DNA of 64,000 bases, from positions 2,555,370 to 2,619,369 of the forward strand of contig MU057744.1 of the NCBI GenBank assembly GCA_013265495.1, in the 5' to 3' direction. The DNA comes from Vicugna vicugna (Eukaryota). The position numbers and the translations under genes were made by a program. The notes beneath the pieces are model-generated. The model was not told the DNA's origin. It did no database searches and was given only the letters and a program-made list of their open reading frames with translations. Of this stretch, positions 53,885 through 64,000 are shown in pieces. Numbering within the stretch: the first letter of the stretch is position 1; every line of letters begins with the position of its first letter.

Positions 53885-56800
53885 ATAGTAATACAGCAAT
53901 GAGATAAACATGAGAATGTAAAAGAGGACATCAGAATCATTAAAGGTGGGAGAGAGAACCAGAAAATACAGATGTTTTTTCTTTTTTTTTTTTCATTCTT
54001 TTAGGATGTGTTTGAGCTTATATGACTATCAATTTAAAACAAACAGATACAGTAATGGGTTAATATACATGAAAAACAGCATTAGCAGAAATCAAAAGCA
54101 TACAATAGAGTCCAAAAAATAATAAATAAAACCAAGATAATACAAAAGAAAATTATCAAACCACAAAAAGAAATAGAAAAAAAAAGGAACAAAGAGGAAA
54201 TACCAAATCAACTGGAAAACTAAGTTCAAAATGGTAGTGAACACATATCTATTAATGATTACTGTAAATGTCAATGGACTAAATGCTCCAATCAAAAGAC
54301 ATAGAGTGGCAGGCTGGAAAATGAAATAAAGACCTACAATATGCTGCATACAAGAGACCCACTTTAGGGAGAAGGACACACATAGATTGAAAGTGAGAGA
54401 TAGAAAAAAATATTTAACGCAAATGGAAATGACAAGAAGGCAGGAGTAGCAATACTAATTTCAGACAAAGTAGACTTTAAAACAAAGGCCATAAAGAAAG
54501 ATAAAGAGGGACACTATAGAATGATTAAAGGAGCAATACAAGATGAAGATATTACACTCATTAACATATATGCCCCCAATATAGGAGCACTTACGTACAT
54601 AAAGCAAATACTAACAGACATAAAAGGAGAAATTGATGGGAACACAACCATTGTAGGAGATTTTAACACACCATTAACATCATTGGACAGATATTCCAGA
54701 CAGAAAATCAGTAAAGCAACAGAGAAACTAAATGACACAGTAGAACAGTTGGACTTGGTTGATATTTTTAGGACCTCTACCCCAAAACAGAATATACATT
54801 CTTTTCAAGTGCACATGGACAATTCTCTATGATAGATCATGTACTTGGGCACAAAAGAATCCTCAAGAAATTTAAGAGGATAGAAATTATTTCACGCATC
54901 TTTTCTGACCACAATGCCATGAAATTAGAAATCAACTACAGAAAAACAAAGCAGAAAAAAAACAACAACATGGAGATTAAACAACATGCTACTAAAAAAC
55001 CAATGGGTCGATGATGAAATCAAAGAAGAAATTAAAAAATACTTTGAGACAAATGACAATGAAAACATGACCACACAAAATCTGTGGGATGGAGCAAAAG
55101 CAGTCCTAAGAGGGAAGTTCATAGTGATACAGACCTTCCTCAAAAAAGAGCAATATCAAGTAAACAATCTAACCTACCACCTAAAAGAATTAGAAAGAGA
55201 AAAGCACACAAAACCTAAAGTCAGCAGAAGGAAGGAAATGATAGGGATCTGGGAGGAAATAAATAAAATAGAGATTAAAAAAATAGAAGAAAATCAATCA
55301 AACCAAGAGCGAGTTTTTTGAAAGAGTAAACAAAATTGACAAACCTCTGGCCTTGCTCAGCAAGAAGAAAAGAGAACACAAATAAACATAAAAGAAAGGA
55401 AAATGGAGAAATTACAAACAACACCACAGAAGTACATAAAACCATAAGAAAATACTATGAACAACTATATGGAAACAAACTGGACAACCTAGAAGATATG
55501 GACATGTTTCTGGAAACATACAGTCCACCAAGACTGAATCGAGAAGAAACAGACCACTTGAACAAACAGATCATTAGAAATGAAATAGAATTAGCATTTA
55601 AAAAACCTCCCTACAAACAAAAGTCCAGGGCCAAATGGCTTCACTGGGGAATTCTACCAAACATACAAAGAAGAACTCATACTGATCCTTCTCAAAGTCT
55701 TCCAAAAGATTGAAAAGAAGTGAGTACTACCAAACTCACTCTTTGAAGCCAACATCACCTTGATACCAAAACCAGACAAAGACACTACCAAAAAAGAAAA
55801 CTACAGGCTGATATCACTGATGAACTTAAATGCAAAAATCCTGAGTAAAATATTGGCAAACAGCATCCAACAGCACATAAAAAAGATCCTACATCATGAT
55901 CAATTGGGGTTCATCCCAGGGACACAAGGGTGGTTCAGCATATGTAAATCAATCAGTGTGATACACCACATCAGCAAAAGAAAGGACAAAAATGACATGA
56001 TCATCTCAGTAGATGCTGAAAAATGATTTGATAAAATTCTACAGCCACTTATGATGAAAAGTCTTACCAACATTAGTATAGAGGGCACATATCTCAATGT
56101 AATAAAAGCTATTTATGACAAACCCATAGCCAGCATAATACTCAACGGTGAAAAACTGAAAGCCATCCCACTAAAATCTGGAACAAGAGAAGGAGCCCAC
56201 TCTCACCACTTCTAATCAACATGGTCTTGGAAGTCGTGGCCACAGCAGTCAGGCAAGAGAGAGAAATAAAAGGGATCCTAACTGGAAGAGGAGAGGTAAA
56301 ATTGTCACTATATGCAGATGACCTGGTACTATATATAGAAAACCTTAAAGATCCACACAGAAACTGCTAGAGCTGATAAAAGAATTCAGCAAAGTAGCAG
56401 GATATAAGATTAACATACAGAAATTAGTTGCATTTCTTTACCCTAACAATGAATTAGCAGGAAAAGAAAGCAAAGAAACAATCCCTTTTAAAATCACATC
56501 CAAAACAATAAAATACTTACAAACAAATCTGACCAAGGAGGTGAAAGACTTATACGTGGAAAACTACAAAACATTGATTAAGGAAACTAAAGAAGTCTTA
56601 AAGAAATGGAAAGATATCCCATGCTCTTGGATTGGAAGAATCAATATTGTTAAAATGGCCATACTGCCCAAGGCAATCTACAGATTCAATGCAATCCCTA
56701 TAAAATTACCCAGGGCACTTTTCACAGAAGTAGAATTAATAATCCTAAAATTTATATGGAACCACGAAAGACCCAGAATTGCCAAAGCAATATTGATGAA

Positions 56801-58270
56801 AAAGAATGAAGTTGGAGGAATAACCCTCCCACAATTCAGGCAATGCTACAGAGCTACAGTAAGCAAAACAGCATGGTATTGGCATAAAACCAGATATACG
56901 GATCAGTGGAACAGAGTAGAGTGCCCAGAATAAACCCACAAATCTATGGTCAATTAATCTTCAACAAAGGAAGCAAGACTATACAATGGAGAAGAGACCA
57001 TCTCTTCAGCAAAGGGTGTTGGGAAAACTGGACAGCAGCATGTAAATCAGTAAAGTTATAACATTTCCTCACTCCATAAATAAAAATAAACTCAAATGGC
57101 TTAAACACTTAAATACAAGACAAGGCATGATAAATCTAGAAGAAAATATAGGCAGAACATTCTCTGATATAAATCTTAGCAATGTTCTCTCTCCTAGGAC
57201 AGTCTACCGAGGCAATAGAAATAAGAGCAAAAATAAACAAAGGGGGCCTAATTAAACTTAGAAGCTTCTGCACAGCAAAGGAAACCATAAAGAAAACAAA
57301 AAGACAACCTACAAAATGGGAGAAAATACTTGCAAGTGATGTGTCTGACAGGCACATGAATAAATGGTCAATAGTGCTAATTATCATAGAAATGCAAATC
57401 AAAACTACAATAAGGTATCACCTCACACCAGTCAGAATGGACATTATTCGAAAGTCCACAAATGATAAATACTGGAGAAGGTGTGGGGAGAAGGGAACCC
57501 TCCTACGCTGTTGATGGGAATGTAGTTTGGTGCAGCCATTATGGAAAACAGTATGGAAATTCCTCAAAAAACTAAAAGTAGAATTCCCGTGTGATCCAGC
57601 AATCCCACTTCTGGGTGTAGATCTGAAAGGAACTCTAATGCAAAAAGATACTTGCACCCCAGTGTTCATATAGCTGCTGCACTATATACAGTAGCCAAGA
57701 CATGAAAGTAACCTAAATGTCCATCAACAGATGACTGCATAAAGAAGCTGTGGTGTATTTACACAATGGAATACTACTCTGCCATAAAAAGAATAAAATA
57801 ATGCCATTTGCAGCAACATGGATGGACTTAGAAATCATCATTCTAAATAAAATAAGCCAGAAAGAAAAAAATGCCATATGATATCACTCATATGTGGAAA
57901 CAAAAAAAATGGACACTATGAACTCATCTACAAAACAGAAACAGACTTTCAGACTTAACAAACAATCTTATGGTTCCTGGGGAAAGGAGATGGGAGGGGA
58001 TAAATTTGGGAGTTTGAGATTTGCAAAGGTTAGCTACTATATATAAAAATAATCTGTATTAAAATAGATTTTAAAAAGTTTCTTTTTTATAGCACAGGGA
58101 AGTATGCTCAATATCTTGTAATAACCTTTAATGGAAAAAATATGAAAACAAATTTATGTATTTATATGCAAGACTGGGACATTGTACTGTACATCAGAAA
58201 TTAACACATTGTAATTGACTGTACTTCAGTAAAAAAATAAAAATTAAAAGTTAAAAATTAAAAAAGAAAA
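53885..58270 (+). mobile_element. L1 with near-complete but disrupted ORF2 (endonuclease plus reverse transcriptase), 5'-truncated
   Basis: ORF2 start at ~54231, EN motifs TLINIYAPN, IVGDFNTPL and SDHN, RT YADD at 56311-56322, many frameshifts and stops, then 3' UTR and A tail. Confidence 0.95.
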
Positions 58271-58273
58271 ACT

Positions 58274-58600
58274 GACAGTATGAACTCATCTACAAAACAG
58301 AAACAGACTTGCAGGCATAGTAAACCACTTTATGGTTACAAGGGTAAGGATGTGGGAAGGGATAAATTTGGGAGTTTGAGATTTGCAAAGGTTAGCCACT
58401 ATATGTAAAAATAGATGAAAACCGAATTCCTTCTGTATAGCACAGAGAACTATATTCAATACCTTGTAATAACTTTTAATGAAAAAGGAGATCAAAACAA
58501 ATAGATGTATGTATATTTGCATGCATGACTGGGACACTGTGCTGTACACCAAAAATTAACACATTGTAACTGACTATACTTCAATAAAAATTTTTTTTAA
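58274..58600 (+). mobile_element. Second L1 3' end in tandem
   Basis: Repeats TATGAACTCATCTACAAAACAGAAACAGACTT..GGGATAAATTTGGGAGTTTGAGATTTGCAAAGGTTAGC seen from ~57910 onward. Confidence 0.9.
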
Positions 58601-59911
58601 ATCTTCAAGCAAAACAGTAATAGTAATAGAACCAATATTGATGAATTTGATGATTATAATAACTATAGTTTCTGAATTTGAATGTTTACGTATACTAGGC
58701 TTTGTGTTAAATGTTTTTATATATCTCTTTCATTTGAATCCTTACAATGCCTTATTTATGGAATAATATTATTATTAATTTATTTATCAAATATTCATTG
58801 AGTGTCTATATACCTCATACTTTAAAAAATTTTTATTGAAGTGTAGTTGATTTACAATGTTAGTTTCAGGTGTACAGCAAAGTGATTCATAATACATAAA
58901 CATACATACACTTTTTTTTCAGACTCTTAAGGGTTGGAAGTTTGGAGGTGAAAAAATACAAATTTTTTGCCTTCATAGAGCATATATTTTTGGGTGAGTT
59001 AAGACTCTCAATTCAAGAGTTTAAATTTTATTAGTTATATATTGTTAGACACTTGAAGCTCTCAAAGATTAGATAAATATCCAAGGTTTCACGTGGTGAG
59101 TGGCTTTTAATGTCCCCTCTGTTCAGATATGCTAAAGATCACTTTGTTACAATTAGGATAAATTTTTTTTTCATACGTGGTATGTGAAAATGGTAAATTT
59201 CAAAAAAAATGCCCTATATCTCATAGGCCCTCCCAGTTTCTTGTATTTATGAATTAGCTTTTGCTTTTGCCTTAGTTTTATTGTAGTTAGGATACTTCAA
59301 CACTAATTGTGAAATTTGCTGACTGGTTGAATATATTTTCTTAATTCTACACCTAATTTATGCTGTAAAATTATTTTTAAAATCATGACTGAGTATAAAC
59401 CTTCTCAAATTCAGATGTTGCGATAAACACTTCCTTTCCTCTTTCCTTTAAAATATTCAATTGATTTGTATTAATTATTTTTCTAAAGTTAAACTGTCTT
59501 CGCTTTGGATGTATCACTAGCAAATGATTTGTCTCACATCTCCTAAGTATAAGAATATTATTCTGCAACCACAATGCCATTATGAGGCCTTAAAGCACTA
59601 ACAGTAATTCCATAACATTATGTGATTTTTAGTCTATAGTTTTTCACATTGTTCCAGATATTTTCTCTCCCCTCAAATCAAAAGCAACTCAGGATTCTCA
59701 CATTGTCTTTAATCGCTATGTCTTTTTCAATCTAGAAAAGTGCTTTTCTTGTTTTCTTTTCCTTTCTCTTCAGTTTTTATATTAATATCCAATACTGAAG
59801 ACACTTGAAATTTAAAATGCATTTTTAGTCATGATAGAAACACACTCCCTAGGCCAGTGAACTCCCGTTCTGTAGTCATTTAGTAGAATTTTTCTGTTCT
59901 CTTCTTTACAG

Positions 59912-59969
59912 TTTATCTATCTTTGACCCCGAGATTTATGAGAAGGCACATTTCCGTATCATTTTGACG
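59912..59969 (+). pseudogene. Pseudo-exon, phase 2-0 (frame runs on to ~60155 with one stop)
   Basis: Strong acceptor TTTTCTGTTCTCTTCTTTACAG. Reads LSIFDPEIYEKAHFRIILT, donor ACG|GTAGGT. Confidence 0.5.
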
Positions 59970-60718
59970 GTAGGTCTTAAGTAAAGCCGCAGTAGCTGTG
60001 TTTGTGAGGACATTCAAACTGCAGCTCCAACGCTCAGGTCCAGTGGTGATGATCTCATGAGACTCGGGGCTGGACCTTCTGATCACCACAGTTTGAGTTC
60101 TCTCTTCCTTGATGAAGCTTTCACAGTGTTTCATCTTTTGTTTGGATTCAACTAGATAAATTTTTGAAATATAAATATTGTGTCCAATATTTCACTGTGC
60201 TTGTAGTAGGGAGGACACTTGACTCATCGCTGTAGTCTTCCATTGTTTTTATTAAACATTAGACATGAATAACAAGTGGATGGTCTTCAGTAAAACAATA
60301 TTTTAAGTACAAATAGAACCTCATGATTGCAAATAGGGGAAAGATAATCTTGATGATCACCATCAGTGCTGAATAAACACATGCTTCAGCGTCAGTGACA
60401 ACAGAGATTTTCCATTAGTTCTTTGATGATTTAGTCCTATTTACATCAAAAAATTTAACCTGTATTGGGATTTGAAGTTGCTGTATTTGTCTGTGGACAC
60501 GTATTTGCATGTGCGTTCACACGTGCTGTTAAATTCTTTTCATCCTGGTGATAAGGAATTGTAAAAGAATTTTTTTACTTCATTGAGAGTTCATTCAGAA
60601 CTTACAGGATGCTTCCACCTGATTAAGAATTTACTTTAGAGAGCTTGTTCTGGACTTCATATTTTTTTAATATGAGCATTCTATAAATTCCATTGTATAA
60701 ATTATTTTGTATTTTTAG

Positions 60719-60805
60719 AAGACAGTAACAATCCTAGCAAAGATGTACTGGTAGTAGAAACTCACCAGCACACCAGCTTAGCATTTCATCAGGTCACTTT
60801 CTCAT
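60719..60805 (+). pseudogene. Pseudo-exon, 87 nt, symmetric
   Basis: Acceptor TTTTGTATTTTTAG, donor CAT|GTGAGT. The phase-1 frame is stop-free (DSNNPSKDVLVVETHQHTSLAFHQVTFS), while the phase-0 frame has 3 TAG. Confidence 0.5.
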
Positions 60806-60984
60806 GTGAGTGAAGCTGAGGTCAGATATGTCAAAAGAATTATCTTCATAGTTGTATGTATTTCCAAGCACATCACTTTCTATTAAAAGAGGATTTAGCA
60901 AATATTCTAAATTATTTTTTCTCTTAAATTAACAACAGCCGTCTACATAAGTATTGGGCAGAGGAATGGAAATGATTTTCCTAG

Positions 60985-61160
60985 GACAGGAAAATAAAAC
61001 ACATCTTAAGGACATGTGAAGAACAGGTCATATCCAAAACACTGAATAAATAAAAATGTAATTTTATAATTTTACCCAAAGAGTAATTTGAAAGAACACC
61101 ACAAGATGTGTATGAAAGACAAGGTAAAAATAAATTAAACAGTTTTTACCTTGAGCTAAG
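60985..61160 (+). pseudogene. Pseudo-exon, phase 0-2
   Basis: TTTTCCTAG|DRKIKHILRTCEEQVISKTLNK*KCNFIILPKE*FERTPQDVYERQGKNKLNSFYLEL, consensus donor AAG|GTAAGT. Confidence 0.55.
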
Positions 61161-63078
61161 GTAAGTAGTACACAAACCAATCCATGTAAGTGATAAATAA
61201 AGTACAGGACCCTTCGTGTCACAGGGAAATAAACACACAAAAACAGCAGGGATGATCTGAGCAAGACTTACCCGAGCACCTTTGCTAACTGGAACTGCCC
61301 TCCCCTGACTGGCCATCATTCTCCTTGCCAAATGGACTCCCCCAGTCTGCTCACAGTGGACGGATATGCTCTATGGGGAGTCACCAGTCACGGACAGTTT
61401 CATGACACAGGAGTTATTTAAGCTCTGGATGTAGTAGAAGAGGTGGCGTCCTCCCTCATTCCACATCAGTAGTTCTAAAATTGGATTCTAGAAAACAAAA
61501 CTGCTCAAGCCAGCTGTCACAATCCTGTCTGTAGTTTTGAAGAAAGCAGTTTGAACCTAGACCATTCTTTTCTTTGAAGTCATTTTAAGGCAGAAAGTTG
61601 AATGCAGACTCAGACAGATGTGTAAGCATATAGGAAAAGTTATGTACCATACTTGTTTCACATTCACTTCCGGGTAACTAAACACGGTATGAAATACTCC
61701 AAACTATTCGAAATTATATTTCATTTAAAGAAGTACACCACGGTGTTTTACATTAAAATAAACATCTCATTCAATGCATGACCAGATTCCCTTTTAAACC
61801 CTAGAGGAATGGATGGTTATGTACTTATAGGAATATTAATTCAGTAATTCAATGGAATCACTTCATGAATGACTTCTAAAAAATCCAATAATTAGATTAG
61901 ATAATTTAAACTTTTTACAAATGAGTTTTTAGAAATTGTGTAAGGACAAAATTCATGTTTTAGTCACATGTGCAATATTAAAAATTCTCCATTTTTTCCA
62001 TGAAAATACTTCAATCACCAGACTGCTCTTACTTTTAAGTTGTCGTGGGGTCTGCTTTTTATTATTTTCTAGTTTAACTTTGTTTCTCACCCTTTAAAAT
62101 AATAAATTTTAAATTTGATCCAATTATAAAATGCAGCTTGTTAAAAAGTTAAGACCAATATTAAACCATTTCTTTTCTAATATATGTCTTGAAATTATAT
62201 TAAACTTAGAGGTAAGCACTATGCTAATCTTGTACCAGGTGTTAATGAACAGTTGAATGACCAATGTTGTTTTCTTTTATTAATTGCCAACAGTAAATAT
62301 TTGCGTGATCATGGGATGAACTGTATTACATCCTCAGACAAATTCACGGTCAGGCCCTATACCACTTTTGCCCGTTTATGATGTTGTTTGTTCATCTGAA
62401 AAATATTTACTGAACAGATCTGTGGGCCGTGTTCTTTTGTAGTGTTCTTTTGTCACGCAGAGCAGCACAAGTGAGGAAGTTCATGGTCAAAACTGGATAG
62501 ACAGGCACACAGGAAGTCAGTGGACATCAGGGTAGTTGCTGTGGGCATTTGAGGGCCATGTTCAGCTGGAACAGAGTCTACCCCAGTCTCAGGGAGTCAG
62601 CAGAGGATCTGCAGAGTGTGGCACTTACACTGAGACTGAAATCTCTTCAGCTGTCTGTCTGTGGATGTGTTTGTGTTTGAGTGTACATCTGCGTGTATTT
62701 TAATGCTCTAAATTGTAATTCTAAAATGAAATGCTAACAGTAAAGCTTCCTTGGGGAATAAATCAAGGCCAATGTGCAGTATTTATGATGATTCCAATGG
62801 CCTGAGATTGACCATTAGGCAGATGATTTCCTGTGGATTACTCAGATACTCTAAGGCCTTGTAAATCAGAATTCATAGTAAAAAGGATATTGGTAGCACT
62901 GTTATCCATTCCTCTCCATTATCACTACCTCTAAGTGCAGTGAAATTCTCTCTTTTTTTTGTTTTGTCTTTTATTTAAATTTTTTAATTTTTATTTTTTA
63001 ACTTCTGTGATAAACTTAGATGTGAACTTCTTAGGGAACTTAGATCATACACTTTTGGCTTGTCATGTTATACTGTAG

Positions 63079-63175
63079 AAAGGAGCATAACAGTTTTTAC
63101 CTTGAGCTCAGACACTTACTTCCATGTACTAAAGGGATGTTATTCGGAATTCCAGAGGTGGACAGGGACCGCCAA
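63079..63175 (+). pseudogene. Pseudo-exon, phase 2-0, stop-free
   Basis: TACTGTAG|(R)KEHNSFYLELRHLLPCTKGMLFGIPEVDRDRQ|GTAAGA. Confidence 0.55.
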
Positions 63176-63260
63176 GTAAGAAATCTAGGTAAATCTAATG
63201 ATGCTTTAACTCAGTGGTCTATGATCACTCTTTTATAATTTTTTTCATAAATTCGATAAG

Positions 63261-63296
63261 CTAAACGTCACTGCTACATTCAGTGGGTTGTACCAG
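63261..63296 (+). pseudogene. Small pseudo-exon candidate, 36 nt, phase 0-0
   Basis: LNVTATFSGLYQ, strong donor CAG|GTGAGT, weak AAG acceptor after a T tract. Confidence 0.3.
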
Positions 63297-64000
63297 GTGA
63301 GTGGATAGATGGACGAAACCTTGCTTTTTACACCAGGACTCTCTAATTTGAATAAATTGCAATTTGGACCTGGTGTCAGATACTCTCTGCAGCTTTACTT
63401 TGTTGTACCCCTTGTTTTGCTTTGACTTTGAACACATGATGAAAAATGAGACTTGGAAGCAAAAAGTCTCACCAGGGGCTTCCTGCTGAGGCTTCCTGCT
63501 AACCAGGGTGCTCTGAAGGTACATCTATTGTGTCACATGGTACAGGCGTTTGACAGCAACATTGCCTCCCAAGAATCGCACTCAAGAGGCTTCAGTGTGA
63601 TGGGGTTTTGTCAAAAATCAGACTTTAAAGATCAAATCAGAAATGTTGAATATATTCTTGAGAGGCATACTAAATAAAACAAACACATGTTAGTTTGCAA
63701 TGCTTGTTTTTTGTTGGCCAAGAAAGGTCACGCATCTTTTCCACAGGGTAGTAGCCTGTATTTTGACCCTCCGCCCAGGAAAACTGTATTCAGGACATAT
63801 GGCTAGTGAATCAAAGTGCTATCAACATGACAAATATATCAATTTATTGAAGCCACTATTCTAAGAACTTTAGCCTTGTTACAGAACATGAATTTCTGTG
63901 AGCTTAATGATTTTGCAGGTTTTCAGCTGAAACAGAATTTAATGTTTATTTGCCTAATTTGCTAATTTTCCATCAGATAAAACTAAAGAATTGAAATGTG

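Larger units (their letters stand above)
12083..63296 (+). pseudogene. Decayed multi-exon protein-coding gene (unitary pseudogene or fossil-derived lncRNA), product unidentified
   Basis: Series of AG/GT-bounded, stop-poor segments in unique sequence with several phase-compatible junctions (listed individually), downstream of the plus-strand first exon. Confidence 0.6.

Noticed and set aside
54231..57700. L1 ORF2 as an active retrotransposon
   Set aside because: Multiple frameshifts, stops and an internal deletion, with no 5' UTR or ORF1
59913..60134. Minus-strand 73-aa ORF as the last exon of a gene
   Set aside because: It has a weak acceptor and overlaps a plus-strand frame with a much stronger acceptor, so I treated it as a shadow ORF
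61146..61331. AQIIPAVFVCL resembling the ABCA1 segment AQIVLPAVFVCI
   Set aside because: Only a short match, and the flanking residues and exon structure do not fit ABCA genes

Overview
This is mammalian genomic DNA, probably camelid, judging from a Vic-1-like SINE remnant and the L1 3'-UTR type. It is AT-rich and largely filled with L1, LTR, MIR and DNA-transposon remnants. I found no intact, recognisable protein-coding gene, rRNA, full tRNA or CRISPR array. A CpG island at ~7.9-9.6 kb looks like a bidirectional promoter, with ATG-less first exons pointing both ways (minus donor at 8537, plus donor at 9030). The main hidden feature is a chain of about 12 AG/GT-bounded plus-strand segments at 12.1-63.3 kb, lying in unique sequence between the repeats. 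They are stop-poor, several junctions are phase-compatible, and most carry a few premature stops or frameshifts. This looks like a fossil multi-exon gene (unitary pseudogene, possibly now a lncRNA) of a large protein I cannot name. Smaller points of interest are a TSD-flanked 5' tRNA-Gly(TCC) fragment, a TSD-flanked poly(A)-only insertion, a permuted L1 with a fold-back junction, and L1 remnants that become CpG-rich at the island edges. Repeat family names come from recalled consensus motifs, not a database search.
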